Source: Archaeoglobus fulgidus DSM 4304
GTDB lineage: Archaea; Halobacteriota; Archaeoglobi; Archaeoglobales; Archaeoglobaceae
Assembly (NCBI RefSeq): GCF_000008665.1
Contig: NC_000917.1
Location: 1,260,001-1,292,000 of the forward strand
DNA: 32,000 nt
Reading direction: 5' to 3'
This document shows positions 28,177 to 32,000 of this stretch, in pieces. Position numbers and translations under genes: made by a program. Under the pieces are notes generated by a model. It searched no databases. It had not been told where the DNA came from and saw nothing but the letters and a program-made list of their open reading frames with translations. The first letter of the stretch is position 1; each line of letters begins with the position of its first letter.

Positions 28177-28391
28177 TCCTCCTGGTAAGCTTCATGGCAG
28201 ATAACACACAGAATTCTCGGCACGGTCTTCTTCATCTTCCTTGCGGGGAAGGGATAGTCTCCCTTCCAGAGAGGAACCTCTTCTCTCACAAGATGCTCCA
28301 TGCAGACTCCCATCCCGCAGACTATGCAGATGGCAACGGCATCAGTATCCTTACCCTGCTCCTTGCAGATGTAGCACTTCATTTTCATCAC
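28173..28391 (-). CDS. Small Cys-rich zinc-binding-like protein (DUF2180-like), 72 aa
   Basis: MKCYICKEQGKDTDAVAICIVCGMGVCMEHLVREEV...PRILCVICHEAYQEE: CxxC/CxxC/CxxxxH/CxxCH pattern typical of a treble-clef/B-box-like fold. Confidence 0.75.
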   Translation of the reverse strand: MMKMKCYICKEQGKDTDAVAICIVCGMGVCMEHLVREEVPLWKGDYPFPARKMKKTVPRILCVICHEAYQEE

Positions 28392-28411
28392 CTAAAAATA
28401 AAAAAAATAGA

Positions 28412-29914
28412 TTAAACTGCCTCTTTCCACTGGCAGTACGCATGTCTGAAGTCAACAAGCGCTGCTGTTGCGCAGTCCTTGCAGACCCTTGCGGGTGATG
28501 CTGGACTCTCCTTGTGCAGAGCTATGATGTTGGTCATCATCGTCGCAGTGACGGGCTCGCTCGTCAGCAGACACGGGTAGTCTGCGAGCCTCATCAGGGC
28601 GGAGAACCTCACGCTTATTGCGCATCCCGGATAAGCATAGCGCTGCGGGTTCATGAGCACTTCGTTCTCGTGTATCGGGTCGAGGTTAACCTCGAATCCG
28701 CCAACCTTCGGAACAAGCTTCGTTTCAACACCATTTCTGTCCCTTCTCGCCTTATCGAGATACTTCCATCCTCTGTAAATCATGTCCATGAAGTCGTGGT
28801 TGTGAAGCTCTGCAGCACCACCCCTCGTCGGGTAAAGCTGGACGTAGTTGTGGAACCTCTTAGTCAGCAAATCAACAATCATGGGTGCGTTGAACCCATC
28901 AAGCTCAAGGATGTACTCTACCGCTACCGCTCCCGCACCCGTAGCGACGCTGAGGGGCTGGTATTCGCTCTTGAACTTGTCAAGGTTTGCATTCAGCGTT
29001 GAGTCCATCACCGCGCTCGTTGCCTCGATGACTGCCATAACAACGTCGTCCTTGCACATGTTGAAGGTTGATTGGGCAATGTGGTGGGCTGCATCTCCTA
29101 CACAGTATGCTGGCACGGTTACAATGTTCCCGTAGTGCACGCCGTCATCCATTGCCTCCTTTACCGCCCCCTTCATTCTGCTCTTGTACTCAGACATGTA
29201 CTTTCTCACGTCAAAGCTCTGGTGGCCGTGCTCGTCCATAAGCTTGGCCTGTGCCTCAGTTGGCTGGTCGTATACGAGCTTTATCATCTCAATTTCCTTC
29301 TTAATGGCATCGCTCAGCGTTGCACCGTTTTCAATCTCCTTCGCAAACACCTCACCAAAGCCGTAGGAAGTGTTCATGCCCCATGATTTTGAGGCAAGAA
29401 TTGCCTGAGCGTGCTCCTTGGGAATGTCAACCGTCTTCAAAATCCTGTTCACGATGTTGCTCGTGCTTCCCGGAATAAGGGCAAAGTCAACAACACAAGT
29501 CGGGCCGTAAAAGCCTCCGTATCTCCTAACCACCTCAAGACCAATCAGAGCCTCGGCTTTCTCAATTCCCTCGATGAACTTTTCAACGCTCTTCCTAAAG
29601 CTCTCGTCCTCCTCATACAGAATCTCCATGATGGCTGGGGTCTGGTAGTGCTCCACGAAGGGGTCGTCCTCTGGCCTTACTGTCTTCGTGAGACTCCTAA
29701 GAATTTCGTAGTGCGCGTTTACGCTGTCAACATGCAGCCTTATAACTGCCTTGCTTTGATTTCCAACTGCCTTCATCTGGTTTACTGCATCTACGTAGGG
29801 CTTCACGTCGTCTATGACGAACTCTTTTCCTCTCTTCTCCTTAATCACATTCACATCCGCCCACTGGGCGGCCATGGCTTCCTTAACCATTTTCTCAATT
29901 ACTTCCTCTGCCAT
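28412..29914 (-). CDS. Archaeal conserved protein of unknown function (DUF2193-like), 500 aa
   Basis: MAEEVIEKMVKEAMAAQWADVNVIKEKRGKEFVIDDVKPYVDAVNQMKAVGNQSKAVIRLHVDSVNAHYEILRS...; conserved-looking Cys/His clusters CVGDAAHHIAQSTFNMC, PGCAISV, CKDCATAALVDFRHAYC. Family name assigned from memory. Confidence 0.75.
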   Translation of the reverse strand: MAEEVIEKMVKEAMAAQWADVNVIKEKRGKEFVIDDVKPYVDAVNQMKAVGNQSKAVIRLHVDSVNAHYEILRSLTKTVRPEDDPFVEHYQTPAIMEILYEEDESFRKSVEKFIEGIEKAEALIGLEVVRRYGGFYGPTCVVDFALIPGSTSNIVNRILKTVDIPKEHAQAILASKSWGMNTSYGFGEVFAKEIENGATLSDAIKKEIEMIKLVYDQPTEAQAKLMDEHGHQSFDVRKYMSEYKSRMKGAVKEAMDDGVHYGNIVTVPAYCVGDAAHHIAQSTFNMCKDDVVMAVIEATSAVMDSTLNANLDKFKSEYQPLSVATGAGAVAVEYILELDGFNAPMIVDLLTKRFHNYVQLYPTRGGAAELHNHDFMDMIYRGWKYLDKARRDRNGVETKLVPKVGGFEVNLDPIHENEVLMNPQRYAYPGCAISVRFSALMRLADYPCLLTSEPVTATMMTNIIALHKESPASPARVCKDCATAALVDFRHAYCQWKEAV

Positions 29915-29952
29915 GAGGTATAATTGTCATAATCGACCATCACTGTTTTGGC

Positions 29953-30030
29953 GTACATGTAAGCCCGGCGGGATGGACATCTCCAAAGAATTGAACGACA
30001 AATGGTAGGGTAAAAATCGCGGACATGTCC
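29953..30030. promoter_or_regulatory. Putative operator with palindromic and inverted ACATGT-type elements upstream of the DUF2193-like gene
   Basis: Perfect palindrome GGACATGTCC (30021-30030), near-copy GGACATCTCC (29975-29984), palindrome TACATGTA (29954-29961). CCCGG(CGGGA)TGGACATCTCC on + mirrors CCCGGTGGACATGTCC on -. Confidence 0.4.
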
Positions 30031-30057
30031 ACCGGGTCATAATTAAATCATTATCAT

Positions 30058-30711
30058 TTAAAACAATTCTACCGACTTTTCGAGCTCCTTTTCCTGAATG
30101 TACCTCTCTACGAGCTTTGAAATCGCAATTTTAAGGTGCTTGTGTGCAGTGCTCTTCGCAACTCCCAGAGCCATCGCGATGTCGTTAATTGTCACATCCC
30201 TTTTTTCCGAGAAGTATCCGAGGTCGTAGGCGATTTTTAAAGCCCTCCTCTGCGCCTCTGTTAGGCCTGCTTTCCTCTCTCCTATGCTTTTTATCTCGAT
30301 CACCTTCCAGTTTCCAACCTTGTTCAGGTTCTCGTACGCCTTCGGAAGGTAGCTCGTGCTCGGAACTATGATTTCGTAAATCTTGCTTCCGTCTTCAACG
30401 AGTATCGGAGTTTTTATAAAGCAGTATGAGCTCTCAAAAGCTTTAATACCTGTTGTATCGCTTACAACTGCGATAAAGCTCGCCTCTATTGGGGTCTTCT
30501 CAAGAATCTGAACAAACTTCGTGTTCGGATGTCTCTCAACCTCCTTTATGTAGTCTGTAACATTTTCGGCGTCAACAACTTTAACCAGAAAGAGAGCATC
30601 CTCGTCATTCAGGAGTATGTAAGAGATTATTTCAGCCCGTACCGGGCACCTTTTGGTTGCGACAGCAAGGGAGCACCGATGCTGGTCCACCCTGACTTTG
30701 AGAAGATACAT
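30058..30711 (-). CDS. Transcriptional regulator with C-terminal Bat-like HTH_10 domain, 217 aa
   Basis: C-terminus LTEAQRRALKIAYDLGYFSEKRDVTINDIAMALGVAKSTAHKHLKIAISKLVERYI fits the archaeal HTH_10 signature. Confidence 0.85.
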   Translation of the reverse strand: MYLLKVRVDQHRCSLAVATKRCPVRAEIISYILLNDEDALFLVKVVDAENVTDYIKEVERHPNTKFVQILEKTPIEASFIAVVSDTTGIKAFESSYCFIKTPILVEDGSKIYEIIVPSTSYLPKAYENLNKVGNWKVIEIKSIGERKAGLTEAQRRALKIAYDLGYFSEKRDVTINDIAMALGVAKSTAHKHLKIAISKLVERYIQEKELEKSVELF

Positions 30712-30755
30712 ATATATCGTGATTTTTTCTGCTCATAAACCTTTCTCCAATAAAG

Positions 30756-30763
30756 TTTAAATA
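30756..30763 (+). promoter_or_regulatory. Putative TATA box for the eL40 gene
   Basis: AAGTTTAAATAAC centred ~26 nt upstream of the eL40 ATG, implying a leaderless or very short-leader mRNA. Confidence 0.45.
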
Positions 30764-30784
30764 ACGCTAAACGCTGCATGAAAC

Positions 30785-30934
30785 ATGGCACGATTCCCGG
30801 AGGCGGAAGCAAGGCTTTTCAACGTGAAAATCTGCATGAGATGCAACGCTCGGAACCCAATGAAGGCCAGGGTTTGCAGGAAGTGCGGCTACAAGGGACT
30901 GAGGCCGAAATCCAAGGAGAGGAAAGGAAGGTAA
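30785..30934 (+). CDS. rpl40e: 50S ribosomal protein L40e (eL40), 49 aa
   Basis: My translation [49 protein letters not shown]: CxxC-X10-CxxC zinc ribbon typical of eL40. Below the ORF-track length cut-off. Confidence 0.96.
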   Translation: MARFPEAEARLFNVKICMRCNARNPMKARVCRKCGYKGLRPKSKERKGR

Positions 30935-31414
30935 TTAACTTTCAAATTTTCTTAAGAACCTCGTCATGTTCTTCCAGTGTCCCCCCATCCAGTAGAGCTT
31001 TCTGCACTTCTCGCAGTACCAGAGTTCAAATTCGAGCATGTCTTCGGACAGCTTTTCCCTCTCAATGACCTCCATTGCCTCCTCCCTGCTCGGCTTTCTC
31101 AGCGGAGTGTTGCAGAGGCTGCACCTGTCCATGACAATCTGGAACTTCACACCTCTCTCCATCAGCTCCCTCATCTGCCCCTCTAAGGAGTCAGACCTTA
31201 TCAGAATGGCTTTTCTCCCCTCCTTAACGCTTTTTCTGTAGAGCTCCCTATCCTTGGTGAGCAGAATCCTATCCCTCAAGTTCCTCAGCATGAACTCATC
31301 TTCCTCTTCATCAAATTCAAGCTCGGAAACGCTTACAGTATCGTAGCCTGAGATTCTCAGCCACCGCGTCAGCCTTCCGAGCATTCTGTCGGTCAGAAAC
31401 TTCATCTCCACCAT
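30935..31414 (-). CDS. Mut7-C RNase domain-containing protein
   Basis: MKFLTDRMLGRLTRWLRISGYDTVSV...DRILLTKDRELYRK...DRCSLCNTPLRKPSREE...FWYCEKCRKLYWMGGHWKNM-type PIN-like domain plus zinc ribbon (translated C-terminus ELWYCEKCRKLYWMGGHWKNMTRFLRKF). Confidence 0.92.
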   Translation of the reverse strand: MVEMKFLTDRMLGRLTRWLRISGYDTVSVSELEFDEEEDEFMLRNLRDRILLTKDRELYRKSVKEGRKAILIRSDSLEGQMRELMERGVKFQIVMDRCSLCNTPLRKPSREEAMEVIEREKLSEDMLEFELWYCEKCRKLYWMGGHWKNMTRFLRKFES

Positions 31415-31929
31415 ACCGGATTTTTCCTCTCCATGAGCACTCTGTAAATCTCCTTCGCTGCATCAGTTTTGAGCTCCACGTTCTCGGCAAACCTTATCGC
31501 GTAGCTTACCTGCTGCGAGTACTCTACTCCCTGAAACGCAAGCTCAAGCTTGTCCGCATCGCTAACGTAAACTTCAACGTCCGAAAAATCGGGCTTGGAT
31601 TCCATCCAGGAGAGCTGCTCCTCCCTTGCTCCTTCTTCATCGCAGCTAACGTATCGCCGGGCTATTTTGTGCAAGTCCATCGTCCTCGCCTCGTGCAGGT
31701 CGTGGAAAAGGGCGGCGGTTGCTGCCTTGCAGGCCTTCTCGACGCTCTCACCGCTTTTTAATGCGAGGATGAAGGCTATGATTGCCGCTCTGAAGCTGTG
31801 CTCCGCGACGCTTTCCGGCAGCCTTATACCGAGCTTCAGCCAGCCCGATCTCGGAGTCAGCTTGAGCGAACCAACCTCGTGAATGAACTTAACGACGTCA
31901 TCCATAGGCTTAATAATGCACATTGCCAA
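31402..31929 (-). CDS. HD-domain 5'-deoxynucleotidase (YfbR/HDDC2-like)
   Basis: 175 aa; FIHEVGSLKLTPRSGWLKLGIRLPESVAEHSFRAAIIAFILAL, AALFHDLHEARTMDLHKIARRYV, VSDADKLELAFQGVEY. Resembles the structurally characterised AF1432. Confidence 0.88.
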   Translation of the reverse strand: MAMCIIKPMDDVVKFIHEVGSLKLTPRSGWLKLGIRLPESVAEHSFRAAIIAFILALKSGESVEKACKAATAALFHDLHEARTMDLHKIARRYVSCDEEGAREEQLSWMESKPDFSDVEVYVSDADKLELAFQGVEYSQQVSYAIRFAENVELKTDAAKEIYRVLMERKNPVWWR

Positions 31930-31937
31930 TAAGCTTT

Positions 31938-32000
31938 ATGAAAAAGTGGAGGTTTCTTGGCATCGATGACAGCTTTGACGACAGAAAATGCTGCGTTGTA
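31938..32000 (+). CDS. DUF99 family protein, N-terminal 21 codons only (truncated by right edge)
   Basis: ATG at 31938 translates MKKWRFLGIDDSFDDRKCCVV, resembling the DUF99 N-terminus (xxRVLGIDDxxF...VLVG). Very short evidence. Confidence 0.6.
   Translation, partial: MKKWRFLGIDDSFDDRKCCVV

Noticed and set aside
30778-31068. 96-aa + strand [17 protein letters not shown]...
   Set aside because: Out-of-frame overlap of the real eL40 gene; composition is not protein-like.

Overview
This looks like an Archaeoglobus (A. fulgidus-like) chromosomal segment. That call rests on a 963-bp insertion sequence matching the ISA0963 type, archaeal-type enzymes and PGF-CTERM surface proteins. From left to right it contains: (1) the N-terminal half of a DPPF-motif adenine DNA methyltransferase running off the left edge, missed by the ORF track; (2) an IS element at 1625..2587 with ~25-30 bp imperfect terminal inverted repeats, inserted between the methyltransferase and a tRNA-Gly(GCC) gene; (3) a cell-surface block of a small lipoprotein, a coiled-coil secreted protein, a PGF-CTERM beta-helix protein and a ~2400-aa multidomain beta-helix protein; (4) a housekeeping and cofactor block (DHPS-like enzyme, CLC channel, archaeal riboflavin synthase, class V aminotransferase, RibL, Prs, SPFH protein, UPF0182 protein, Asp/Glu racemase, HD phosphohydrolase); (5) pheT-apgM on the + strand; (6) a tight minus-strand group of DUF2193-like, DUF2180-like Cys-rich and AqpM aquaporin genes, downstream of a Bat-like HTH regulator, with a palindromic element in the intergenic region; (7) ribosomal protein eL40 (49 aa, also missed by the track), a Mut7-C protein, an HD 5'-deoxynucleotidase-type protein and the first 21 codons of a DUF99-like protein. 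The strongest candidates for something undescribed are the giant beta-helix surface pair and the DUF2193/DUF2180/aquaporin group. No CRISPR array or obvious defence island was seen beyond the edge methyltransferase.
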